Source: Macrostomum lignano (Eukaryota). From it: a stretch of 52,423 bases of DNA. This document shows positions 41,056-52,423 of the stretch, in pieces. The stretch lies in contig NIVC01001876.1 of assembly GCA_002269645.1 (NCBI GenBank), positions 1 through 52,423 on the forward strand, in the 5' to 3' direction. The first letter of the stretch is position 1, and each line of letters begins with the position of its first letter. Made by a program: the position numbers and the translations under genes. The notes under the pieces are model-generated. The model had not been told where the DNA came from, made no database searches, and worked only from the letters and a program-made list of their open reading frames with translations.

Positions 41056-44000
41056 ATGGCTACTGCTCACTCTGCTGCCCATGAGCAGGGCAGTGAGGAT
41101 TCAGGCAGATCAGTCTCAGACCAGCCAACAGACTCAGCCGACAGGCACGCAACGTTTGACGGATTTGACCCGACCGAGTGGCCTGACATACTGATGATGA
41201 CAGAAGAGGATGATCCAGACTCTGATGACGATGTGGATGATGATAAGCTGCCGGACACGAAGCCTCTGGATCACAAATTTATGGGAAATCTGCTGGCGTT
41301 TGCAATTGAGGGACAGTTTAAACAAGCGATTGAATTTGTTGGAGGCGTGCCCGATCGACAGCTTCAACTGCAGCGAGACAAGCACCAGAGAACTGCCGCT
41401 CACTATGCCGGAATGAGTCCTGAAGGAGCAGAACTGCTCAAGAAATTAGTACAGAGATTGGGTACTTCCTGTCTGAGGCATGAGGACTGCAACTCGGTAG
41501 CTCCACTTCACTATGCTGCTCAGAACTATTCACTGCAGCAGTTTAGTGATCTGTTTCTAGGTGCGGAACAGGAGTTGCGGAGCTCAAATTATCGGAATAA
41601 AGTGGGAGACACGCTGGCCCACTTTGCTGCTAGAAATACTAGCGATGAAAAATTCATCAAATCGGTGCTCCACGGCAACAAGTCCGATCGGTTGCTATGG
41701 CAAAACAACAGAGGCAGCACGGTGCTTCATGAGGCAGTTGAGCACTGCAGTGCCGAAACTGTAAAGTATCTCCTTAGCCAGGGGATAAATCACTTCATTC
41801 CACTGAGCCTGAGAGATGAGAGCAATGACCATCAACAAGATGAAGAAGACGAAACAAGTGCGAGCGCAAACAAAAGGGCACGAAAATGGAAGGCACGGCA
41901 GGGGGCCATCGAGAAAATGAAAAATCTGAAAGACTCCGACGGAAACACGCTGGCCCACTGCGCCTCTAGGAACCGGAATCCGAGCTGCGATAAGGGCGCA
42001 GTGTTCCTGGAAGTGGAACAGCTGTTTGGCCAAGAATGTCTTAACTGGAGGAACTCAATGAATCAGACAGTGCTGCAGGCAGTCATCGAGTACAGCCCAG
42101 ACAGCACGGCTGAACAGATGGTAGAGGAATTCGCGAAATACAATATAGATCAGCTTTTTACGCACACCGATAAGTATAAGAACAGTTACCTGCACTTTGC
42201 CGCGATGTACAAAAAAGTACAAACATTCGGCAAGATATTGGAGCTGATGCTTAAAGCTCGTGAAAATGATGAATGCATCAAACAAATTAAAGACAAAAGC
42301 AATGTCGATGGCAAAACCGTTTTTTTCCTTGCTGCCAGTAGCAAAGATGAACTATTTCAGATTCTGAAGGAGAAACTTCCCCTCTTTGATTTGGGGAGAG
42401 TCCTTGGTGAGCGCGACAGCAGAAGCAGAAACATGCTTTTCTACGCCTGCATGAGCTGGAATTTCTTCTTTTTTAATGTTGAATTAGAGAAACCTGATGC
42501 TTTCACAGAAGCCGATACCGATGGAAACAGTCTTTTGCACGCCCTGTTTTTGAATCCCGAAACCGATGAGAAACATTCCTCCGACAACTTTTTTCAAGCT
42601 CTAAACTTCTTAGCTGAAAAAATGACTGGTAGCATTAAGCGGGAAAATAATATGGGAAAAAACTTTCTTCACTGCTCCCAGGTAAAAGAAGAAATTCTTA
42701 TTGAAATATTAAATGATGCAAAAAACATAACTGGGAAGAAAAACTGAAAGAAGTTTTTCTCAGCAAGGACGGCGTTCACGTAGTTCACGAGTTCGCTTGC
42801 AGGTACAACCTGAGGGCACTGATGACACCCCTTTCTAAGATTGCTGGAGTGAAGAAAGCCGAACTGCGGAGCAAGAAAGTCGAGAGGGGTCCCTTTAAGG
42901 GTGCAACCTGCCTGCACTTCGCCTGCCGAGCAGGTCACCAGGCCAACATTGTTTACTTACAGAATAAGAGCCTCAGCATCTACGCCAGAGACGGCGACGG
43001 GCACACTTGCGTAGATTATGCTCGCAACGCTGACCAGCTTAAAAGGCTGGTGGAGGTGGTGGAAACGAAGTTGAAGAATCAGGAAGGTCAGGAACCGCCA
43101 ATTAAATTTCTCCGCCTTCTGGATCCGGCTCAAGCAGCCTTGAAACTACCTGACCGAGTCGCCGCCATGCAGCACATTAGTAAGATTGTCGATCAACCGG
43201 TGATAGATGACGTAGAACGAGGCCAGTCACAATTTAAAAAAAAGCACAGACAGGCCAGGCCAACCCTTCGACTGACGTAGCAAGCAAGCCTTCGATTGAA
43301 GTCTCCGTATTCGAGGCTGTCTGGAAGGACGGCTCGACAATGGCGCTTCGAAGTGCACTTAAGCTGGACCCAGTAAGTTCAGATACTAAAACAAAGTTCA
43401 TTCGGTATTGGGTAAAGAAGCATCCTGGCGATAAATGCATTGAGGAAAACGAAGAAGAGATGCGAATAGTTGACCTTGCGCTTAGACGCGACAAGCTCGA
43501 TCTTCTTCCCGACCTCATTCTGACAAGGCAATTCGAGCTGATTCCCAGCTGCATTCTGCTGATCATTCAGCTGAAAGAAAAAAAGGCCAAAACTGATGAG
43601 AGCCATGACCAGCTAAAGCGCCTCAAGAGCAAAGTCGTCAGCATTGCTGTAAACACTCTTGACGAACTATACTTGAATGCGGACGGTGAAGAGAGGCAGC
43701 TTTTATTCAATTACATTAGAGGTGACGTCGGAGGACCAAAGTTTAGCATTGCCGACGATGAAAGCAGCAGAGCGCTCGCATGCTGCGGCGACGAGTCACA
43801 GCAGACTCAGCGGCACACTATTTTAGAACTGGTGGAAATTGCTGAATGCGAGGATCTGTACGCTACGGACTGCATCTACAAGCTGGCTGAAGAAGAGTGG
43901 AAAAACTCAAAGATCTGTGGAAGTCCAAAGATTCACTTTGTACTTAGCGTAGCTATCTACGTAGTATTCATGTTTTACTTTGCCTGGTTCATAACCGACT

Positions 44001-45937
44001 TTAGGAGTACATTCGATTGGTTGGGTAGTGACATAGCTTTGACAGCATTCGCGCTGCTGTTTGTCGTGCTCGAATTGTTCAAATTATTCTCGCTTCCGCT
44101 AAGAAGAATCTGCTGTTGCAACAGCAGAATGAGCAAGTGCTCGATGCACTGGAGGAATGTCTACAACGTGTTCGACTTCATAGCACTGCTGCTTCTGTGG
44201 CTCGGCATTGTCTGGAAATGGGTCATCTTCGGAAAGCCTGATGACGACACTGCCTACGCGTGCCAGTCTGTTCTCAGCACGTCGTTTCTCTTTTTTGGAT
44301 TTCGGTCTGTTGCCTTTCTAAGCTTGTATAAAAGGATCGGGCACGTCATCGTCATACTGATGAATTTAATCGTCAAAGATTTGCTACCCTTCTTAGCTAT
44401 CATTGCCATTGTTTTCCTGTCTTTCGGAGTGTTCTTTTTCAATTTGCTGTTCCCGTCAATCACTACGAACTCGACCGAAACTCAGAAACCGTTTTACTGG
44501 TGGCGAGTCATGCTGCAGATTTTTACCATGCCGTTTGACCTGCTTTTTACCAACTACGATCGCTTCGAGTTCGACACTCCTAGAATTGACTTACCCCAGG
44601 AAGTCGGTTTTGTGACAAACGCTATCGGACTGTCCTGGTTTCGCAATCTCACGATGTTTGTCTTCCTCCTGCTGGTGAACATTGTGATGGTGAACCTTCT
44701 TATCGCTCTGTTTAGTCTCCGGGTGAGCACACTTCACAGCAAGGCAACCGGGATCTGGAGACAAGGCTATTTTGAGCTGATTCGAGCGTATCAGAGACGA
44801 GCGGAACTGTGTCGGTGCTGCTTCGGAAGAAGTGCCTCGATTGATCCAGACGACAAACGAGACGTAAGTTTGATTTGATTGAGCTTGACCTGGGTTTGAG
44901 TGGATTTGATGGTTTTTTCATAAAATTAAATACAATTTCAATTTCAGCTCCCACTTTACTGCTATTAGTTTTCTTCTCTTGCCTTGCAGGTTAAGGAATA
45001 CATGGGAAAAAAATATCACAATTCATACCTCCTTTACCTGCGTTACCAAGCTCAACAACTGCGTAAACTTCGCCCGAGGCTGTCTAAAGAATTGGAAAAA
45101 CATCGAACGGACTTCGAAAAGCTGAAAGCACACTTCGAGAACAACATCACACAGGCAAGCTCTGAGATCAGCGACGATCTGGCGCGATTACAGCGCAAGT
45201 TGAATGACTTTGAGCACTCTCAGAATCTTAGAATTTTAGAGTTGGAACACTCACAGCAGAGGCGGCAGGTAACAGGAGTGAGACGTGCTAACCAACAGCA
45301 GAGACAGCTGGTAACAGGAGTGAGACGTGCTGACCAACAACAGAGCCAGCAGGGAACTGCAGGAGTGAGACGTGCTGACCAACAACAGAGCCAGCAGAGA
45401 ACTGCAGGGGTGAGCAGTGCTCACCAACAACAGAGCCAGCAGAGAACTGCAGGAGTGAGCAGTGCTGACCAACAACAGAGCCAGCAGAGAACTGCAGGAG
45501 TGAGACGTGCTGACCAACAACAGAGCCAGCAGAGAACTGCAGGGGTGAGCAGTGCTCACCAACAACAGAGCCAGCAGAGAACTGCAGGAGTGAGCAGTGC
45601 TCACCAACAACAGAGCCAGCAGAGAACTGCAGGAGTGAGCAGTGCTGACCAACAACAGAGCCAGCAGAGAACTGCAGGAGTGAGACGTGCTGACCAACAA
45701 CAGAGCCAGCAGAGAACTGCAGGAGTGAGCAGTGCTGACCAACAACAGAGCAAGCAGGGAACTGCAAGAGTGAGACGTGCTGACCAACAACAGAGCCAGC
45801 AGAGAACTGCAGGGGTGAGCAGTGCTCACCAACAACAGAGGCACCTGGTACCAAGAGTGAGCAGTGCTCACCAACAACAGAGGAGGCAGCAGGGACCAGA
45901 AGCCAGACGTACTGGCAAGCGGGCATGTAGGTCGTAG
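41056..45937 (+). CDS. Ankyrin-repeat TRP-family cation channel with a TRPM-like 6TM domain; two -1 frameshifts, one intron
   Basis: Ankyrin motifs (RTAAHYA, VAPLHYAA, GDTLAHFAA, GSTVLHEAV, NSYLHFAA, GATCLHFAC), then S1-S6 (PKIHFVLSVAIYVVF, FRSVAFLSLYKRIGHVIV, KDLLPFLAIIAIVFLSFGV, NIVMVNLLIALFS, IWRQGYFELI). ORFs 41056-42747, 42822-43280 and 43340-44878 join if one A is added to the runs at 42720-42725 and 43236-43243. Intron 44864-44989 (gtaagt...ttgcag, phase 0); last exon 44990-45937 encodes a coiled coil and a 15-aa repeat. Confidence 0.85.
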
Positions 45938-46804
45938 CAGATGACCGTTGGGAATCGAGCTGAGTACAAACTGTTGGTTATCTGAGGCAGATATTTTCTC
46001 CAAACATTTTGTAACGGAAATTTAATTGGAACTGCCGAATCTCTTATTGCAGCTGAAATCTCGAAAGTATAAGATCAGAAGTATAAATGAACAAAAATTG
46101 ACTATTTTAAAAACATTTGGTAGGAATGAAAATAGAGACGTTTTAAATTACTTTTTGTTTCAGCAGGAATGATAAAAATTTATTGAAACAATTGAAAAGA
46201 TAGAAACCGATAAAAAACAAAAAAGCATAAGAAGTTAAGCGGTTTTGTGACTTCCATAAGGATTTAACTCTACACACTGCTTCGATGCATACCTCGTATA
46301 ATTTTTTTTTCGTGCTTATTTAGAACTTCGAATTCAATTGTGATTATATTTTACTTCCCGAATTTTTCATTTTTCATTCTACGAAATATTTAAAATCACT
46401 AATAACAAATAACAAATTTTATTTCATCTTATAATCTTCGTCTCAACTGATCGCTAAGATAATATGAAAGAAAACGTTCTGTGTAGGTTTTGTGAGTATC
46501 GCTGCTAACCTTTTCTAAGAACGTATTTTTTGTTTGAAATGTCGTATTTTAAGCCATGGACTTTACTATTTAAAGTAGTATATATAGTTTTAAACTGCTG
46601 TCATGTCTTGCGTGTAGAAATTATTAGTGAATATTTCCAAGCATTATATATCGAACTATCGCACCATATGTTTTTGTAATATTCAAGATTTTTTTGCGAG
46701 GACACCATATTTTGTTTGATCTAACAGCTATAAAATGACGCCGCTTTTACACGAGAGTTTCTTTTTTTCCGTAAGGCAATTTCCTCTTCCAAGCCAGTGT
46801 GGAA

Positions 46805-47064
46805 CAGGGGTCAGGAAACTTCGGCCCGCGAAGCTTCTCTATCCGTGGCCCTACCGTCCTATAAGAACTTCACAATGGCAATTCGGCCCGTTCAATACGT
46901 ATGTCTCTTCTCACCTCTTCATCTAAATTCTCCCCTTCTTCTCTCTCCTTCTCTTATCTTCTCTCATCTTCTATCCCAATCTCCTGTCCACTTTCATCTG
47001 GGTCGCAGCCATGAGCTGGGTTGTCTATATCTGGCAATGATGTAAAAAAACTGCGGACCCCTTG
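46805..47064. mobile_element. hAT-type MITE, same apparent family as 17168-17606
   Basis: Termini caggggtcaggaaacttcggcccg and ctgcggaccccttg. TSD gtgtggaa/gtgtagaa (7/8). CT-rich core. Confidence 0.7.
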
Positions 47065-47429
47065 GTGTAGAAGTTTATTATACTCTTAGAAAGAAACGGC
47101 TGTGAAGGCGCTGTGGACGAATATTTGATCGAGTTTTCGTGCACGCTAACGTATATTTGTATTTTTGTTTGTAGACACGTATGGTTAGTAACTGATGCTT
47201 ATACTCGCAAGCAGACAGGTCAACGAGGTCAGGCATTTAATGCTACGGCTTCGGTGGCGATGACATTGATGGAAATAATTATGAATGTGCCGGTCGGAAA
47301 CATGGCAACAGATTTATAGGAGTGTCACCTGTAGTGCGTATTTCAGCTTGGCCGTGTTTTTTGAAGGCCATCGTTAGTGGGATTAGCGGCGTTATAGAGG
47401 GGGCGTCATAAGTGGGAATATTAGCGGCT

Positions 47430-47715
47430 TTAGCACCAGGGGCTTAGCAACAGGGCTTTAGCACCACAAGGGCTTTAGCACAGAGGGCTTTAGCACCAGG
47501 GGATTTAGCACCACCAGGGCCTTAGCACCACCAGGGCTTTAGCACCATCAGAGCTTTAGCACCAGGGGATTCAGCACCACAAGGGCTTTAGCACCACCAG
47601 GGATTTAGCACCAGGGGATTTAGCACCACCAGGGCTTTAGCACCACCAGGGCTTTAGCACCACCAGGGCTTTAGCACCAGGGGCTTTAGCACCACCAGGG
47701 CTTTAGCACCAGGGG
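47430..47715. repeat. 14-17 bp minisatellite (agggctttagcaccacc)n
   Basis: Directly visible. Confidence 0.93.
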
Positions 47716-49009
47716 ATTAAATTTAGATAAGTGGATCCATTATATCCGAACCGCGAGCACTTCACCGTCATGGACGCGTTCAAAGCAAGGAAATTTTTTG
47801 GTTAAATACTCGTACGAGTTAAAGAAGATGCTCAAAAGGTCTTCCGTGGACAACAAAGATGATCAAGAGGCTTTGCTATTCCATCGGTTCATCTGCGGCC
47901 TCTTTGAGCTCATAGGAAGTCACACTAGAATAATAGAGCAAGTTTCACTAAGTGCAAGCTGATTTTAGCTTCAAACTACGAATAGACACAAATTAGGCAC
48001 AAATCTCATGAAGATATTTAATTTGATTTTTTATTTCATTCATTCGTTCAATTTAACTTTCAAACAGTTCGTTCGTACAAGCGTGCAGAGTAGTTGGAAA
48101 TAAAATGGTCAGATTTGAATAGTCCAATTTCAAGAACTTCTCAACCAATTTGATTAAATTACTAAATCTATAAACTTATAGTTTTACTTTCAGTAGTGTA
48201 TTACAAAGTAGCAAAGTGTTGAAAAATAATATGTAAAAAAACAAGAATAACCGTGTCAGTCTGAATGGATTAACTTTAACTCTTACCGGGGTTTTTAGGC
48301 AGTGCAAGGAAAGTTGGAAACAAAAATTTTACATGGCTAATTTTTAGTTCTTTAAAAAAACCTCTCCTAGTTTTTATAACCCCCCCGCCCTAAAATTATG
48401 GTCATTTAAACGGGTGAATAAAATTTAAAGTTAGACACAAATGGTATAAAATTACTCAACTAACACGAGGAGGGTGTCCAAAAAGTCGTCCACAAAATTT
48501 GAGCTGCTAAAGCTTATTTTTGATATTGAAGCCCTTTGTATGTTTTTGGAAGTAAATTTATGATTAAAACACTGATAACTACTTTTTGGACAACCCAAAT
48601 ATCACTAACTAAAAGCTAATGTGCTTTTTCGAATTAGGTGTACTTTATTTAGAATAATTTGTACTTTATGAAACTACAGAGAACATATCCGCCTCTCACC
48701 AAAATAAGAAGTCTATTAGAAAGAAAGGCATAAAGAACTGCAAAAACTACTGCGGATTCAGGAGAAAAAATTCTTTATTAAAGCAGCCAAACTTTAGCCA
48801 ATATTTTAGCTAAATACCAAAAAATTAAATGACAAATAACAAGTAGAATATTGGACAAATAAATTCGACAGGAGTTATTTACAGGCCACAGGAAACCCAA
48901 AAGCCAAAAGCTATTTTTTGTTGCAAAAACTCAGTCGTCAGTATGGCAATGTTTTTTCCTGATCAAACAGACAGTCAATGTTTTCATATCATTTATTGTC
49001 TTGGTCATT

Positions 49010-49480
49010 TGGTTAGATTAGCAATCCATTCTATTTCTACCTATGATAGTTAATTGGATAGATTAGCAATCCATTCTCTTCTACCTATGATAGCTAATTG
49101 GATAGATTAGCAATCCATTCTATTACTACCTATGATAGTTAATTGGATAGATTAGCAATCCATTCTATAACTACTTATGATAGCTATTTGGATAGATTAG
49201 CAATCCATTCTATAACTACTTATGATAGCTATTTAGATAGATTAGCAATCCATTATATTACTACCTATGATAGCTAATTGGATAGATTAGCAATCCATTC
49301 TATTACTACTTATGATAGTTAATTGGATAGATTAGCAATCCATTCTATTACTACTTTTGATAGTTAATTGGATAGATTAGCAATCCATTCTATTACTACC
49401 TATGATAGCTAATTGGATAGATTAGCAATCCATTAAATTCCTACTTATCATACCAGATAAGATAGATTAGCAATCCATTC
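49010..49480. repeat. 45-bp minisatellite immediately 3' of the DNAAF2 stop codon
   Basis: Unit gatagattagcaatccattctattactacctatgatagttaattg, about 10 copies. Confidence 0.93.
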
Positions 49481-49513
49481 GCTTATTCCTCCAGACCAGC
49501 CCACCAACCCGAT

Positions 49514-52142
49514 TCAATCGTCGTCCAGCTCAAAGATGACGCTACTAGTCAGCTGAGAAGCGCTACCGACAGAGACTGTCGACGACTGACCGACAGCTTT
49601 AGGCGTCGCTTTGGCCGCGGGCGGCTTCTGAGACGGCTGTGCCGGCGGCGGCGGCGACAGGGGAGACGCGGCGGCGGAAGCGACAACAGCGGCGGCCGCG
49701 GCAACAGTCTCAGCCTCCTCAGCTTCATCATTGTCGTCGACAATTCTGAAGTCTTCGCCGTTTTCGTCGCCGTCGTTATAAAATTCATCGTCATTAGCGT
49801 AGCAGCCTTCAGAGCTTCGTCGGACCCGAGCAACGCGCCAACCGGAAGTAGAACCGGAACCGGAACCAGAACCGGAAGCAGAACCGGAACCAGAACCGGA
49901 AGCAGACGAAGGTTCCACAATCGTAGGCGCCGTAGTGTCGCTGTTGTGCCGACGTCGACGAGTTTCGCGCTGTTTTTGGCGCTTCTTGCGATTGCGCAAC
50001 GTCTGATGAAAAGCGCTGATGGTGGCCGTTGTGCTGTAGTGGGAGAATAGGGAAGCGGTGAGATGGGAATCTGTTTGACTCAACAGTTCTAAGACTCTAA
50101 ATAGACACGTAGCTATTGAGTTGGATGGATTGCTAATCTACAGACACATAACTAGCACATTTTTATTAGATTAGAGGCAGGGGGGTTGTGTGCACCCTGG
50201 CGCACTTTAAGCGACATAGGCACACAACCGGCGAGAGGCATTACTGCCCATTCCGCCGACTCCCCTGAGCAGGCACACAAGCGCGCGGATACGTCGCAGG
50301 CACACACTCACACAGGAGTGTACAGCGGCCCTAACTTTATTTATCGTTAGGAATGTACACTTCACTGCGCCTTGGGGGGTTGGCTCTCAAGGCCGTTAAT
50401 TGCACGAGCAGAGCCAAGCCGAGATTCCAATTTAGCCCCAAATTAATGTGACTGCACTTGGAATCGAGCCTGGGTCGCTGGCACACCAGAGCAGCTGCGC
50501 TACCGCTGGGCTACGGCCCCCTTATAACTAGCACATACCTGTAATTAGCCGACTCCACGTGACTTGAGAAAGACACAGATCTATTGAGCAACACATTCTG
50601 CTGCTGCTGACCCTGACTGCTAGACAAAGAGCTGGACAAATCGTCAGACGAAGACAAGGATGGACTTCTTGTAATCTTGAGAATTCCTTGCACACGAGAT
50701 TGAGACTGCTGATCTTGCTGTTGCTTCTGCTGCTGAACAGGCGGAGGCGCCTGTTGCTGGGCAGTCACTGCCACCGGTTTGTCTCGAACATCTTCGCCAA
50801 CACCGTCTAGCCTGACTGTGAGTCGGTCTCCGCTCAGTTCGGTGACCACAAGAGATGATGGAGCAGCCGATGTTGATGCAGCAGAAGCTGCAGATGGCGC
50901 AGCAGAGTACTGAGCCAGACAGCCAGCTAAGCTCTTATTCATATTTGGCAGTTGAATAACTGTTTTAGCAATTGACTCATCGCTGGCCGATGTGGGTGAT
51001 GGTTTGGCCTGCAGGATCAGCTGATCGAGCCATTGGTCTTTGCGAGTCTTAACAAATCTGACAACAATATTGTCTTGATTGGCCTGTTAAGAATGATGAT
51101 TTATTTATAATATGATTAGGCTTAGATTAAAATATTCATAAAAAATTAACACAACTGAAAACAGTACATTAAAGTACATACTGTACATTATAGAATATAC
51201 AGTAGATTAAAGTATAGTTACAATACTTTTCAGTACAAAAAATACATTACAGTACATAGCAATACATTGTAGTAAATTACATTACATAAAAATACATCAC
51301 AATAAATCATAGTACTTAACAATACATTACAGTAAATTACAGTACATAGCAATACATCACAGTAATTACAGTACAAGCAGCACATTACAGTGCATTACAG
51401 TACATACAGTATGTTGCATTACATCCCAGGTACATATGGATAAGAATATTAGATTAGGAGGATCAAGACAGAGATTCGAGATCCAATTAGAATTAAGGAT
51501 AAAGAAGACAACATACTACACACAGGTTAACATTCTCCTGTACCTGCACAAAGTCCACAGTGAAATCCGATCGCATCACAGCCAGGCTGTAGTCGCTACG
51601 CCAGCCTCCGGAACCGACGCTGGCAAAGCTGACTGCCCAACAGCAGCCGCCGCTTGACACCTCGGCCTCTTTAATAGACTCCGGATCAACATTCTTCACG
51701 TCAATCAGCATTGTCAGATGACTGTCAGTCTGACTACAGCGAATAGCCGTGCTAGGTAGCAATTGACCAACTCGAAATTCTTCTTTCATACTAGTACTAC
51801 TACTATCAGTAGCATTCTCAGTAGTATTGGTAGCATCGGTAGGTTTAGCATCAACAGACGAAGCGGTCTCGGAGGAGTCTGGAAGCTCTTCAATAAGCGG
51901 AGCCGGGTCTGGCATAGCAACAGCGGACGAAACAGACAGCTCAACTGGTCTCTGTTGAGCAATACACGGCAGGATTAGAGTAAGCCGATGAGATTTGCGA
52001 TCGAATTTTGCCGATCCATTGTCCTCGGTTACAGGGTAGGGCAAGCGGAGCTGCAGGTTGTAAGCGGCTGAAGACTGCTGACTGGTGACGCGTAAATCAC
52101 GGTTGTCAACGTCAACATCGATAGCCTGGGCCGTGGTGACGC
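49514..52142 (-). CDS. DNAAF2: Dynein axonemal assembly factor 2 (kintoun), 3' exons; the gene continues beyond the right edge
   Basis: Exons 52142-51544 (IDVDV...YNLQLRLPYPVTEDNGSAKFDRKSHRLTLILP, PIH1/CS-type, then a second CS-like CSQTDSHLTMLIDVKNVDPES), 51083-50539 (NQDNIVVRFVK...W, GILK, RSVSFSSHV) and 50033-49514 (ending FELDDD). GT-AG junctions with phases 0 and 2. Confidence 0.8.
50161..50523 (-). mobile_element. tRNA-derived SINE in the last DNAAF2 intron
   Basis: Minus-strand head GGGGCCGTAGCCCAGCGGTAGCGC...GGCTCGATTCC carries Pol III A and B boxes (50449-50520). Short ctaatctaataaaa tail. 13-bp TSD ataactagcacat at 50148-50160 and 50524-50536. Confidence 0.82.
51150..51425. repeat. 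AT-rich degenerate repeat (acagtacatt-like), intronic
   Basis: Directly visible. Confidence 0.75.
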
Positions 52143-52214
52143 CTAGGATGCGAAATAACAGGCAATGTCTCTTTGTTGCTAGGCAAGGGGATTTTGTGGA
52201 ATTAGGATGCTTTG

Positions 52215-52423
52215 GTGCGTAGGGGATGGGACTGGGGAGATGATGGTATAAACGGGGGTGATGGGACTGGGGATGATGGTATAAACGGGTGATGGGACTA
52301 TGGGTGATGGGACTACGGTGGTGATGGGACTGTGGGGTGGATGGACTACGCGGAATGGGACTGTGGGGTGATGGGGACTGTGGGGTGATGTGACTGTAGG
52401 GTGATGGCGACTATGGGGTGATG
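52215..52423. repeat. GT-rich degenerate minisatellite (gggtgatgggact)n, intronic
   Basis: Directly visible. Confidence 0.85.

Noticed and set aside
48472-48596. Tc1/mariner-like mini-MITE (gggtgtccaaaaagt...actttttggacaaccc)
   Set aside because: Only a 15-16 bp imperfect inverted repeat, with no TA target duplication visible.
49010-49480. Repeat-spacer (CRISPR-like) appearance of the 45-bp array
   Set aside because: The apparent spacers are variants of one sequence, so it is a plain minisatellite.

Overview
Eukaryotic (animal) genomic DNA with spliceosomal GT-AG introns, GC-rich exons and introns or spacers packed with mini- and microsatellites. The style is reminiscent of a free-living flatworm such as Macrostomum, but that is an inference I cannot confirm. 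Minus-strand genes reconstructed by hand: the 5' end of a secreted protein, two tandem intronless TRM10/TRMT10C (MRPP1)-family genes (one with degenerate catalytic motifs and two -1 frameshifts), a SUV39H H3K9 methyltransferase (first exon not found), a 4-exon septin, a 5-exon pleiotrophin/midkine-like gene with three C-type modules, a 5-exon CK1/TTBK-family pseudokinase, and the 3' part of DNAAF2/kintoun. Plus-strand genes: an intronless tandem DUF1330-like protein and a large ankyrin-repeat cation channel with a TRPM-like membrane domain (two -1 frameshifts in A-runs). Mobile and structured DNA: a 5'-truncated RTE-type LINE with an 11-bp TSD, a tRNA-derived SINE with a 13-bp TSD, nested MITEs, two related hAT-type MITEs, foldback elements, a 273-bp/(TATC)n composite array bounded by hairpins, and a minimal type I hammerhead ribozyme motif. 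All calls come from manual reading and motif recognition; no database searches were run.
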